NCBI GenBank assembly: GCA_017509785.1
Contig: JAFWOT010000009.1
Location: 6,596 to 70,595, forward strand
DNA length: 64,000 bases
DNA from: Clostridia bacterium
GTDB taxonomy: Bacteria > Bacillota > Clostridia > Christensenellales > CAG-138
Reading direction: 5' to 3'
In this document: piece by piece, positions 35,228 to 44,419 of the stretch
How the letters are laid out: every line of letters starts with the position of its first letter
Position numbering within the stretch: position 1 is the stretch's first letter
Program-made: the position numbers and the translations under genes
Notes under the pieces: generated by a model
The model's database searches: none
The model's input: only the letters and a program-made list of their open reading frames with translations
Told to the model about the DNA's origin: nothing

Positions 35228-36607
35228 CTAATTGCTGATTTTTTCCGCTATCTTCCTTGCGACGAACACCCCGCTTGCGGAAGCGTGCGAGAGCGAGTGC
35301 GTGACGCCGCTGCCGTCGCCTATCACGTAGAGCCCCTTATGGCGGGTCTCGAGGTTCTCGTCAAGCTCGACCTCCATATTATAGAACTTGACCTCCACCC
35401 CGTAGAGGAGCGTATCGTCGTTGGCGGTGCCGGGGGCGATCTTGTCGAGCGCGTAGATCATCTCGATTATGCCGTCGAGTATCCTCTTCGGCATGACGAG
35501 CGAGAGGTCGCCGGGCGTCGCCGAAAGGGTCGGGTTCGTGAAGCTTTCCTGTATTCGCTTTGCGGTCGAACGCTTGCCCGCGATAAGGTCGCCGAACCTC
35601 TGAAGCATCACGCCGCCTCCCAGCATGTTGGAGAGCTTGGCTATGTTCTCGGCGTAGGCGGTGGAATCGTTGAAGGGCTCCGTGAAATGCTTTGAGACGA
35701 GCAGCGCGAAATTCGTGTTCGCCGTATGCATGGCGGGATCCTCGTAGCTGTGGCCGTTCACCGTCACTATGCCGTTCGTGTTCTCAGTCACGACCGCGCC
35801 GTGCGGATTCATGCAGAAGGTGCGGACGAGGTCGCCGTACTTCTCCGTGCGGTAGACGATCTTGCTTTCATAGAGCTCGTCCGTCAGGTGAGAGAATATC
35901 TCCGCCGGCATCTCGACCCTGACGCCTATATCCACGCGGTTCGATTTCGTGGCTATTTCAAGCTCGCGGCATACGCTTTCCATCCACTTGGAGCCGCTCC
36001 TGCCCACGGAAACGACGCATTTATCGCATTCGTAAACGTCCGCGGCAGTGTAGATGAGGAAGCCCTCGCCGTGCTTTTCGACCTTGTCGACAGGGGAGCG
36101 GAAGAAGAAGTCGACCTTATCCTTCAGAAGCTCAAACAGGTGCTCCAGCACGATATAGTTCTTGTCCGTCCCGAGGTGCCTCACGGAGGCGTCGAGCAGG
36201 TGGAGCTTGTTCTGCATGCAGAGCTTCTTGATGTGGGAGTTCGCCGTGGAGTAGAGCTTCGAGCCCTCCCCGCCGAGCGACATGTTTATGGAGTCGACGT
36301 AGTTCATCAGCTCCGTCGCCTTAGCCTTGCCTATATACTCGTGCAGATTCCCGCCGAATTCGTTCGTGATATTGTATTTCCCGTCGGAAAAAGCCCCCGC
36401 CCCGCCGAAGCCGTTCATTACAGCGCAGGTCGGGCAGTGTATGCAGGAGCGGATCCGTTCGCCGTCTATGGGGCATTTGCGCTTTTCAAGCGGGTTGCCC
36501 GCCTCGAAAACGGCGATGGAAAGCCGGGGCGCGGTCTTTACAAGCTCATAAGCCGTGAATATCCCGCCGGGGCCCGCGCCGATAATTATAACGTCGTAGT
36601 GTTTCAT
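35228..36607 (-). CDS. NAD(P)/FAD-dependent oxidoreductase
   Basis: IIGAGPGG, GFGGAGAFSDGK, DIGVRVE, RTFCMNP, LYVIGDGSG. Confidence 0.85.
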   Translation of the reverse strand: MKHYDVIIIGAGPGGIFTAYELVKTAPRLSIAVFEAGNPLEKRKCPIDGERIRSCIHCPTCAVMNGFGGAGAFSDGKYNITNEFGGNLHEYIGKAKATELMNYVDSINMSLGGEGSKLYSTANSHIKKLCMQNKLHLLDASVRHLGTDKNYIVLEHLFELLKDKVDFFFRSPVDKVEKHGEGFLIYTAADVYECDKCVVSVGRSGSKWMESVCRELEIATKSNRVDIGVRVEMPAEIFSHLTDELYESKIVYRTEKYGDLVRTFCMNPHGAVVTENTNGIVTVNGHSYEDPAMHTANTNFALLVSKHFTEPFNDSTAYAENIAKLSNMLGGGVMLQRFGDLIAGKRSTAKRIQESFTNPTLSATPGDLSLVMPKRILDGIIEMIYALDKIAPGTANDDTLLYGVEVKFYNMEVELDENLETRHKGLYVIGDGSGVTHSLSHASASGVFVARKIAEKISN

Positions 36608-36661
36608 GGGATCTCCTCGGATATTTCTTTTTATTCATTATACCATGAAACGCGGGGATTA

Positions 36662-37435
36662 TCAAACAAACCTTTTCATCTGCCCAAGCGCCCGTTTTTC
36701 AAGCCGGGAGACCTGCGCCTGGCTTATGCCTATCTCGCCTGCGACCTCGGTCTGGGTGCGCCCCATGAAGAATCGAAGCTCGATTATCCGCCGCTCGCGT
36801 TCGGGAAGGTGCTCGAGCCCCGTTTTAAGGGCGACGGAGTTGAGCCAGTTTTCCTCGGTGGCCTTCTCGTCGCGCACCTGATCCCCCACGAAGACCGCGT
36901 CACCGTCGTCACGGAACACGGGCTCGTTCAGCGAAACGGGATCCGCTATCGCGTCGAGGGCGAATACCACGTCCTCCTCCTTCGCGCCGAGCGCCCCGGC
37001 GATCTCGCTCATAGTCGGCTCCCGCCCGAGCTCGTATTCGAGCCGCGCTCTCTCGCGCAGGGCGTGATAGGCGGTGTCCCTTATCGAGCGCGAGACGCGC
37101 ATGCTGCTGTTGTCGCGCAGATAGCGTCGCACCTCGCCTATTATCATCGGCACGGCATAGGTCGAAAACCGCACCCCGTGTGAAACGTCGAAATTGTCTA
37201 TCGCCTTTATGAGGCCTATGCAGCCTATCTGAAAGAGGTCGTCCGGCGCCTCTCCGCGCCCGGAGAACCTCTGTATGACCGAGAGCACGAGCCGCAGATT
37301 CCCCTCGATGAGCTCCTCGCGGGCGGAAGCGTCCCCGCTGCCCGCAAGGGCCATGAGCTCCTCGCTCCGCTCCCGGGTGAGCCTCGGAAGCTTGCCCGTG
37401 TTTATCCCGCAGATCTCGACCTTGCCCGTTGCCAT
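36662..37435 (-). CDS. sigG: RNA polymerase sporulation sigma factor SigG
   Basis: KVEICGINTGKLP N-terminus, GNLRLVLSVIQRF, DDLFQIGCIGL, GISQAQVSRLEK. Confidence 0.93.
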   Translation of the reverse strand: MATGKVEICGINTGKLPRLTRERSEELMALAGSGDASAREELIEGNLRLVLSVIQRFSGRGEAPDDLFQIGCIGLIKAIDNFDVSHGVRFSTYAVPMIIGEVRRYLRDNSSMRVSRSIRDTAYHALRERARLEYELGREPTMSEIAGALGAKEEDVVFALDAIADPVSLNEPVFRDDGDAVFVGDQVRDEKATEENWLNSVALKTGLEHLPERERRIIELRFFMGRTQTEVAGEIGISQAQVSRLEKRALGQMKRFV

Positions 37436-37464
37436 CGCAGTATCCTCCGTTCGTTTGCTACAAT

Positions 37465-37494
37465 GATTATTCCCCCGCAGGAGCCGCGGTATGC
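37465..37494 (-). promoter_or_regulatory. SigmaF/sigmaG-type promoter of sigG
   Basis: GCATA-N15-GGGAATAATC on the minus strand. Confidence 0.7.
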
Positions 37495-37539
37495 CGGCGC
37501 GCCCGTGAAAAGAACGGCGAAAAATGCCGTGAAAAAAAC

Positions 37540-37568
37540 TTGACATTTTTTCGCTTTGGCTGTATAAT
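37540..37568 (+). promoter_or_regulatory. SigmaA promoter
   Basis: TTGACA-N17-TATAAT. Confidence 0.8.
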
Positions 37569-37606
37569 ATATATTGAGGGATGATTATACGAAAGGAGTG
37601 AGTGAT

Positions 37607-37921
37607 ATGTCGAACGTGAAAGAGATGATCGAGAAGGTCGGGCAGGAGATAGACGAGCTCGGCAGGACGGTGGCAAACAGCGAAGTGACAAGGAAGATCG
37701 AACAGGCCGGCGCGGACGTCGGCAAGGCCATCGTCGAGACTGTCAAAAAGGGCATAAGAGCCGTTAACGAATGGGCGAACGACGACGCTTCCGAAAAGAA
37801 GCAGCCGGAGCCCGCGGAGCAGCCGGAGAGCTCCCCGAAGGAGGGTGAGCGTCCCGCATCGGCTCCGGAAGAGTCCGCCGCCGACGAGCCCGAAAAGAAG
37901 TACGAGATAATCTACGATTGA
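37607..37921 (+). CDS. Hypothetical helical protein with acidic tail (paralog 1)
   Basis: SD GAAAGGAG; shares GxDxGKxIVxTVKxGIxAVxEWA with the next gene. Confidence 0.75.
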   Translation: MSNVKEMIEKVGQEIDELGRTVANSEVTRKIEQAGADVGKAIVETVKKGIRAVNEWANDDASEKKQPEPAEQPESSPKEGERPASAPEESAADEPEKKYEIIYD

Positions 37922-38009
37922 GTCTTTTCCCGGCGGGGGGCCGGGGAAGGGCGAAAAAAGCCCGCGGAAGGGCAAAATGAGGGGTGCGGCCGACAGCCGC
38001 GCCCCTCTT

Positions 38010-38080
38010 GTAAAGAACGCGTAAAGATTGTGTAAAAACTGCCGTAAAGCCTTGACTTCCGCTTCGGGGTCTGATAGAGT
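38010..38080 (+). promoter_or_regulatory. Four phased GTAAAR boxes plus a sigmaA-like promoter
   Basis: GTAAAG/A at 38010, 38021, 38032 and 38044, then TTGACT-N17-TAGAGT. Confidence 0.6.
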
Positions 38081-38119
38081 AGCGGCAGACAAAGATCCAT
38101 CAATGAAAGGAGAATTGCT

Positions 38120-38566
38120 GTGACTACTGTCAAAAAGGCCTGGGAACAGGTAGGTAAGGATCTCTCCGAAGTCGGAGAGAGCATCAAGAAGAGCGGCATC
38201 GGCGAGGGGATCGCGCAGTTCGGTTCCGATCTGGGCAAGTCCATCGTGACGACCGTGAAGCACGGGATCAAGGCGGTCTCCGAATGGGCGGATACCATCG
38301 ACGACAAGCCCGAAAAGGCTGCGGAGAACGCCTGTGAGAACGCCGCCGAGGCGGCTGACGTGATCTATGCCGAAGCTCCCGCGGAGGAAGCCGCCGAAGC
38401 CGTTGAGGAAAAAGCGGAGGAGGCCGCCGAAGCCGTGACCGAGGCCGCCGAAACCGTTGAGGAAAAGGTGACCGAAACCGCCAAAGCCGCAGAGGAAGCC
38501 GTGACCGAAGCCGCCGAAGCCGTCGGGGAGACGGTCGGCGAGATCGTCGAAGATATCAAAGACTGA
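38120..38566 (+). CDS. Hypothetical helical protein with Ala/Glu-rich repeats (paralog 2)
   Basis: SD GAAAGGAG, GTG start, repeated EAAEAV units. Confidence 0.75.
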   Translation: MTTVKKAWEQVGKDLSEVGESIKKSGIGEGIAQFGSDLGKSIVTTVKHGIKAVSEWADTIDDKPEKAAENACENAAEAADVIYAEAPAEEAAEAVEEKAEEAAEAVTEAAETVEEKVTETAKAAEEAVTEAAEAVGETVGEIVEDIKD

Positions 38567-38693
38567 CAGAAACCGAAAAAACGCCGCAGGGAGCAGCCTC
38601 CCTGCGGACTCTTTTTTTATGCCGTCCCACATCCCTTCGGGGAGAAAAAAAGCCCTCCCGGGCATTGGGAAGGCTTCGTTTCGTTCCGTCGGT

Positions 38694-39992
38694 TTATTCC
38701 CCGCGCACTATCGGCATGGCGTAGCTTTCGACCTCGCGCAGGGCGTCTTCGATATCGATCGTCAGCAGATCGTTGCCGTCCCAGAGCACGCGCCCGCGCA
38801 CCATCGTCATGCAGACGTCGGAGCCGTGAGCCGAGTAGACGACCGTTGCGATCGGGTCGTAGATGGGGCGCAGATGGGGCGCAAGCGTGTCTATCATTAT
38901 CAGATCCGCGTCGAAGCCGGGCGCGATCCTGCCCGTCTCATTCGCGCGGCCCTGGGCTTTAGCCCCGTTCACGGTCGCCATCTCGAGCGCGTCATATGCG
39001 GGCAGCGCGGTCGGGTCGAGCGCCTCGCCTTTAGCGAGAAGGGCGCTGAGCTTGATCTCTTCAAAGAGATCGAGCGAATTATTGGAGCAGACCCCGTCGG
39101 TCCCGAGGCATACGTTGACGCCGTGATCCTTCATGCGGCGCACGTCGGCCATGCCGCTGCCGAGCTTCAGATTGGAGACGGGGCAGTGCGCGACGCTTCC
39201 TCCGTGCGAGGCGATGAGCCGCATATCCTCGTCCTCCAGCCAAACCCCGTGCGCGAACAGCACGGGCGTGTCCATTATACCGTATTTGCAGAACGCGGCG
39301 GCGGGGGAGAGCCCGTGCCGCTCCTTCGCTTCCTCATGCTCCTTCGCCGTTTCGGAAAGATGTATGTGGGTGATGGCTCCGTGCTTCACCGCCCATTCGT
39401 GCACGCGCCGCCATATCTCGGGCGGGCTCGTGTACTCGGCGTGGATGGCGACGTCGGCGCGGACGGCGCCGGTGTTCCCGTACTCCTCGAGGAGCTTTCG
39501 CGTTTCAATGACGGCGCGGTCGGCGTCGAAATCATATCCGTCGCCGAGGGCAATGACGGCGTTGCAGAGGTTCGCCTTCATCCCGATCCTTTCGACCGCC
39601 TTCGCCACGGCGGGCTGGCAGAAGTACATATCCGAGAAGGAGACCGTCCCCGTCCTTATCATCTCCGCCATTCCGAGCACGGCGCCCGAAAGTATCGCCC
39701 TCTCGTCGAGCCTCGCCTCAACGGGGAATACCTTATCGAAGAGCCAGCTCTGCAGGGTGTAGTCGTCGGCGTATCCGCGCATGACGCACATAGCGGTGTG
39801 CGCGTGGGCGTTGATGAGCCCCGGCATTACGACGCGGCCTTTCGCGTCGATCACCTCTGCGGCCTCGGGGCAGTCGGGCCCGAGGTACGCGATCTTCCCG
39901 TCCTTTATGCCGACGGAGGTCCCGTAGAGCACGAGCCCCCTCTCGGTCATCGGTATGACGGAAGCGTTCTTTATCAGCGTATCAAGCATCAT
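38694..39992 (-). CDS. Amidohydrolase, MTA/SAH deaminase (MtaD-like)
   Basis: PGLINAHAH, HAEYT, HIHLSET, HCPVSNLKLGSG, GTDGVCSNN. Confidence 0.82.
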   Translation of the reverse strand: MMLDTLIKNASVIPMTERGLVLYGTSVGIKDGKIAYLGPDCPEAAEVIDAKGRVVMPGLINAHAHTAMCVMRGYADDYTLQSWLFDKVFPVEARLDERAILSGAVLGMAEMIRTGTVSFSDMYFCQPAVAKAVERIGMKANLCNAVIALGDGYDFDADRAVIETRKLLEEYGNTGAVRADVAIHAEYTSPPEIWRRVHEWAVKHGAITHIHLSETAKEHEEAKERHGLSPAAAFCKYGIMDTPVLFAHGVWLEDEDMRLIASHGGSVAHCPVSNLKLGSGMADVRRMKDHGVNVCLGTDGVCSNNSLDLFEEIKLSALLAKGEALDPTALPAYDALEMATVNGAKAQGRANETGRIAPGFDADLIMIDTLAPHLRPIYDPIATVVYSAHGSDVCMTMVRGRVLWDGNDLLTIDIEDALREVESYAMPIVRGE

Positions 39993-40810
39993 AACCTCTC
40001 CAAAAACTCGGTAACGTAGGAAGAAAGCCTCTCCGAAGCGGCGTTGCCCGCCTCTATTACCTCCTCGCCGGAAAGGGGCTTATCGAGTATGCCCGCCGCC
40101 ATATTGGTGACGAGAGTCACGCCCAGTATCCGCATCCCGCAGTGGCGGGCGGCTATGCACTCCGGCACGGTGCTCATGCCGACGGCGTCGGCGCCGAGTA
40201 TGCGCATCGCGCGGATCTCCGCCGGGGTCTCATACTGGGGCCCCGTGCAGTAGAAGTACACGCCCTCGTGGACGTTCTCCCCGTGAGAGACGGCGATCTC
40301 GCGGAATGCGGCCATGTATTCGCGGTCGAACACGCGGCTCATGTCGGGGAAGCGCGGACCGAACTCCTCCATATTGGGGCCTATGAGCGGATTGACGGAG
40401 TTGAGCTTTATAAAATCGCTTATCAGCATCAGCTCGCCGGGCTTGTATTCGGTGTTTATACCGCCGGCGGCGTTCGTGACTATCATCTTTTCAATGCCGA
40501 TGAGCTTCGCGAGCCTTATGGGGAAGACGGCGTCCTCCGCCGCCCAGCCCTCGTAGAAGTGGAGCCTGCCCTGCATCATGAGCACCTGCTTCCCGCCGAG
40601 CTCGCCGGCGAGGAACCTGCCCTTGTGTCCGGGCGCGGTCGAGTATTTCATGTGCGGCACGCGGCTGTAAGGCACCGAGATCGGATCGGTGAGCCTGTCC
40701 CCCAGGCTGCCGAGGCCGGAGCCCAGTATTATGAGCACCTCGGGGCAGAATTCGCCCAGCTCGCGGCAGAGCGCCTTCGCGCTCTCGACGTAATCCTCAT
40801 ACTTCAGCAT
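39989..40810 (-). CDS. Purine-nucleoside phosphorylase (trimeric, NP-I type)
   Basis: ILGSGLG, GRLHFYEG, TNAAGG, GPQYETPAE, VGMSTVPE. Confidence 0.9.
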   Translation of the reverse strand: MLKYEDYVESAKALCRELGEFCPEVLIILGSGLGSLGDRLTDPISVPYSRVPHMKYSTAPGHKGRFLAGELGGKQVLMMQGRLHFYEGWAAEDAVFPIRLAKLIGIEKMIVTNAAGGINTEYKPGELMLISDFIKLNSVNPLIGPNMEEFGPRFPDMSRVFDREYMAAFREIAVSHGENVHEGVYFYCTGPQYETPAEIRAMRILGADAVGMSTVPECIAARHCGMRILGVTLVTNMAAGILDKPLSGEEVIEAGNAASERLSSYVTEFLERL

Positions 40811-41879
40811 CTTTTGTTTCCCTCCTCGATCTTTTTCTTTCAAACGCGGCGCGGAAATTCTCCCCGAACGGGGGATAAACCACGCCCTCCTCGGTGACTA
40901 TGCCGGTGATGAGCTCGTGATCCACGACGTCGAACGCCGGGTTGTAGACCTTGACGCCCTCGGGCGCCATGCGGTGCGTGAAGAAGAGCTCCGTCACCTC
41001 CTCAGGTGCGCGCTGTTCTATCCTGATGTCCTTCCCGGTTGCCGTGTCCGGGTCGACGGTCGAGAGCGGCGCGAACATATAGAAGGGTATCCCGTAGTGC
41101 TTTGCGAGCACCGCAAGCCCCGAGGAGCCTATCTTGTTCGCGGAATCGCCGTTCATCGCCGCGCGGTCGCAACCGATGAACACCGCCTGCACGCGGCCCT
41201 CCTTCATGACCTGGTTCGCCATGTTGTCGCAGATGAGAGTCACGTCGACGCCCGCACGGTGCAGCTCGAATGCCGTGAGCCTCGCCCCCTGGAGGAGCGG
41301 CCTCGTCTCGTCGGCGTAAACGTGTATCTCCATGCCCCGCTCGTGCGCAAGGAGCATGGGCCCCAACGCCGTCCCGTACCTGCTCGTCGCAAGAGGCCCG
41401 GCGTTGCAGTGGGTGAGTATGCCCATCCCATCCCCGATGAGGGGCAGAGCCGCCTCGCTCATGCGGAGGTTCGCCTCCTCATCCTCGCGGCGGATGGCCT
41501 CCGCCTCGAGCCGCAGGCGCGCAACGACTTCCTCCCGCGGGAGGAGCGCGTTCTGCCTCAGGCACTGCCTCATGCGGGAAAGCGCCCAGAAGAGGTTCAC
41601 CGCCGTCGGGCGTGAGGAGCCGAGGTAGCGCTCCGCGTCGTCCATGCGGCGGAAGAAATCCTCCTTCTCCGCGTCCTCGAGCGCGCAGAGGTAATACCCG
41701 TAAGCGGCTGCTATGCCGATCGCGGGCGCGCCCCTTACGCGGAGCTTCGTTATCGCCTCGAAGAGCTCCTCGCGGCTCTTCAGTTCAATATAGACCTCCT
41801 CCAGCGGGAGGCGGGTCTGATCGAGTATTATGAGCGAATTGCCGGCCTCGCTCAGCCGAATGTTGATAAGTTCTTCCAT
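40797..41879 (-). CDS. mtnA: Methylthioribose-1-phosphate isomerase
   Basis: LDQTRLP, VRGAPAIG, RPTAVNL, THCNAG, ETRPLLQGARLT, NPAFDV. Confidence 0.93.
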   Translation of the reverse strand: MEELINIRLSEAGNSLIILDQTRLPLEEVYIELKSREELFEAITKLRVRGAPAIGIAAAYGYYLCALEDAEKEDFFRRMDDAERYLGSSRPTAVNLFWALSRMRQCLRQNALLPREEVVARLRLEAEAIRREDEEANLRMSEAALPLIGDGMGILTHCNAGPLATSRYGTALGPMLLAHERGMEIHVYADETRPLLQGARLTAFELHRAGVDVTLICDNMANQVMKEGRVQAVFIGCDRAAMNGDSANKIGSSGLAVLAKHYGIPFYMFAPLSTVDPDTATGKDIRIEQRAPEEVTELFFTHRMAPEGVKVYNPAFDVVDHELITGIVTEEGVVYPPFGENFRAAFERKRSRRETKDAEV

Positions 41880-41882
41880 AGA

Positions 41883-42203
41883 TCAAAGTATGAACTGCAG
41901 TATCAGCAGCAGTATGACTCCCGGCACTCCGAGCACTCCTGCGACGGCGGAATTCAGCCACGTTATGGGGATGTAGAAGAAGGGCATCCGCAGATACGTC
42001 ACGAATACGATATCGAAGAGTATCAGCATCCCCGCGCCGATTATGCCGTTGATGAGCAGCCGCCAGAGGAACCTGACGGATACCCCGAACAGCTTGAAGC
42101 AAACGAATATGATCGCCAGCACCGCGCAAACCGCGATGAGCGGGACGTAATCGCCGATCTGGATGTGCAGAGTCTTGTCGGCGGCGGAAAGAAGAATCGG
42201 CAT
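41883..42203 (-). CDS. Pro-sigmaK processing inhibitor BofA-family membrane protein
   Basis: LLINGIIG...IPITWLNSAVAGVLGVPGVILL; start uncertain. Confidence 0.7.
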   Translation of the reverse strand: MPILLSAADKTLHIQIGDYVPLIAVCAVLAIIFVCFKLFGVSVRFLWRLLINGIIGAGMLILFDIVFVTYLRMPFFYIPITWLNSAVAGVLGVPGVILLLILQFIL

Positions 42204-42255
42204 TGGTGTTTCCTTTCGCGTTGTTGATCGGTAATAATGTAGGCGGGGGAGCTGC

Positions 42256-42319
42256 GGACTATTCGTCCGCCGGGACTATTCGTCCGCCGGGACTATTCGT
42301 CCGCCGGGACTATTCGTCC
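42256..42319. repeat. 17-bp tandem repeat, three full copies plus 13 nt
   Basis: (GGACTATTCGTCCGCCG)x3 + GGACTATTCGTCC. Confidence 0.95.
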
Positions 42320-43014
42320 ACCCGGACTTCGGAGCCCGAGCATACGAGCACGGGCGAGCCCTCTTCGGGGAAGCCCTGCGCCGCCGGGTCGTAACGCCCG
42401 GCGCCTTCGATGCGCGCATAGCGCAGGCCCGATGAGGTCAGCTCCGTGACTCCCGTCCCATCCGCAGAAGTGACGGCCGTTATGAACCCGTCTCCGAGCG
42501 GAGCCAGCACGATCTCCGACTCGCCGTCGGAGCAGGTGAAAACCCCGTCCTCGTATGAGCCGCTGAGCGTCAGGCCGTCCTCCCCAGTGAAGGAGAAGCT
42601 CCCGTTGGCGTGCAGCCGGCCCTCGCCGGGTATCGGCGCCGTCACACTGCCCGAAAAGCCGTTCCCGTCCTCCGAAGGGGGCAGCATCCCCACGGCGGAG
42701 AACGCACCGCAAAGGCGGGCCTCGTCGCTCATCATGAGAAGGAGCAGCCCGGCGGCGGCCTCGTCCCCGGCGGCTCCCGTCACCGCCCCGCGCCATGCCG
42801 CGCGGTAGAGCGGTATGACCTCGCAATACAGCGCGAAAACGGGGTTTATCGCGACGTCCGCCGCGGCATCCTCCGTTAACGCGGGCGTTTCCTCCGGCGT
42901 TATTTCCCCGTCGGAAGGCTCGGGCTCCTTCGCGGGCGCGGCGGGGCCGCAGCCGGAGAGCAGGAGCGCCGCCGCGAGTGCAAGTATGAAAGCCGCCCGA
43001 ATGACGCGCCTCAT
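42310..43014 (-). CDS. Hypothetical lipoprotein
   Basis: LLLSG-C lipobox; start overlaps the ahcY stop. Confidence 0.7.
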   Translation of the reverse strand: MRRVIRAAFILALAAALLLSGCGPAAPAKEPEPSDGEITPEETPALTEDAAADVAINPVFALYCEVIPLYRAAWRGAVTGAAGDEAAAGLLLLMMSDEARLCGAFSAVGMLPPSEDGNGFSGSVTAPIPGEGRLHANGSFSFTGEDGLTLSGSYEDGVFTCSDGESEIVLAPLGDGFITAVTSADGTGVTELTSSGLRYARIEGAGRYDPAAQGFPEEGSPVLVCSGSEVRVDE

Positions 43015-44249
43015 TGCGCGTTGAGGTATTCGATCTGCTCCGGGGTGAGCTCGTCGAGCCCAAGCTCCATCGCGCGGATCTTTATCAAGGCGACCTCGCG
43101 GTCTATCTCCTCGGGCACGTTGTAGAGCCCGGGCGCGAGCTCCTTCCCGTGCTTTACGAGATATTCGGCGGAGAGCGCCTGTATCGCAAAGCTCAGATCC
43201 ATTATCTCGGCGGGGTGACCGTTGCCCGCAGTTATATTGACGAGCCTTCCTTCCGCCATGAGGTTCAGTATCCTTCCGTCCGGCATGACGTAGCCGTCGA
43301 TAAACGGCTTGCGGTTTATCTTTTCAACGCACATCGCCTCAAGATCGGTCCTTGAGATCTCAACGTCGAAATGCCCGGAATTGGCGAGTATCGCGCCGTC
43401 TTTCATCCTTTCAAAATGCCTCTTCGTGATGACGTCGCGGCAGCCCGTCGCGGTGACGAATATGTCGCCGAGAGGGGCGGCGTCGTCCATCTTCATTACG
43501 CGGAAGCCGTCCATCGCGGCCTCCAGAGCGCGGAAGGGGTTGACCTCGGTGACGATCACGTTCGCGCCGAGTCCCTTCGCCCGCATGGCGATCCCGCTCG
43601 AGCAGAACCCGTAGCCCGCTACGACGACGGTCTTTCCCGTCACCATGTTGTTCGTGGTATACATTATCGCGTCCCAGGTGCTCTGGCCGGTGCCGTGGCG
43701 GTTGTCGAACAGGTGCTTGCAGTTAGCGTCGTTCACGGCCATCATCGGGAAGCGCAGCGTGTTGTTCCTCACCCTCGCCTTCAGCTTCAGTATGCCGGTG
43801 GTCGTCTCCTCGCACCCGCCGATGAGGTTCTCTGCGTATTCGGGATGCTCGTCGAACATCGAGACGAATTCGCCCCCGTCGTCTATCGCGATATGGGGCT
43901 TGAATTCAAGCGTCCTCCTTATATGCTCGTGATACTCCTCCGGCGTGGCGTTGAACCAAGCGTACACGTTCATGCCCTCGTCGGCGAGCGCGGCACAGAT
44001 ATCGTCCTTCGTGGAGAGGGGATTGGAGCCCGTTATAGCGACCTCCGCGCCGCCCTCGCGCAGAAGCAGCCCAAGATACGCGGTCTTGGCCTCGAGGTGC
44101 ACGCAGACGGAAATGCGCATGCCGGAAAAGGGCTTTTCCTCGCGGAAGCGCTTTTTTATCTCGGCAAGCACGGGCATATAGCTCTCCACCCACGCGATGC
44201 GCTTGCGGCCCAAGGGGGCGAGGGAGATATCTCTTATGGAACAGCTCAT
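43011..44249 (-). CDS. ahcY: Adenosylhomocysteinase
   Basis: HLEAKTA, DDGG, EETTTG, KHLFDNRHGTGQS, GHFDVEI, GHPAEIMDLSF. Confidence 0.95.
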   Translation of the reverse strand: MSCSIRDISLAPLGRKRIAWVESYMPVLAEIKKRFREEKPFSGMRISVCVHLEAKTAYLGLLLREGGAEVAITGSNPLSTKDDICAALADEGMNVYAWFNATPEEYHEHIRRTLEFKPHIAIDDGGEFVSMFDEHPEYAENLIGGCEETTTGILKLKARVRNNTLRFPMMAVNDANCKHLFDNRHGTGQSTWDAIMYTTNNMVTGKTVVVAGYGFCSSGIAMRAKGLGANVIVTEVNPFRALEAAMDGFRVMKMDDAAPLGDIFVTATGCRDVITKRHFERMKDGAILANSGHFDVEISRTDLEAMCVEKINRKPFIDGYVMPDGRILNLMAEGRLVNITAGNGHPAEIMDLSFAIQALSAEYLVKHGKELAPGLYNVPEEIDREVALIKIRAMELGLDELTPEQIEYLNAQ

Positions 44250-44353
44250 GGAAATTACTCCTTTTTAAGCATATTAAATCAGTATGATTATACCACGGCT
44301 CCGCATCACAATCAAGCCCGCGCCGCAAAAGAGGGGTATTTTTTATTGTTTCC

Positions 44354-44411
44354 AAACCTGTCTAAAACCTGTTTAAAACCTATTGACAAAGGCGGTGAAC
44401 GGCGGTATCAT
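44354..44411 (+). promoter_or_regulatory. SigmaA promoter preceded by three 11-bp-phased AAACCT repeats
   Basis: AAACCTGTCTA AAACCTGTTTA AAACCTATTGACA-N17-TATCAT. Confidence 0.7.
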
Positions 44412-44419
44412 ATCCTTGC

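Noticed and set aside
37436-38665. 410-aa N-terminal extension of SigG in the ORF track
   Set aside because: It is antisense to two plus-strand genes; SigG homology, SD and promoter all point to ATG 37435
42256-42319. Mini-CRISPR
   Set aside because: The units are directly adjacent with no spacers
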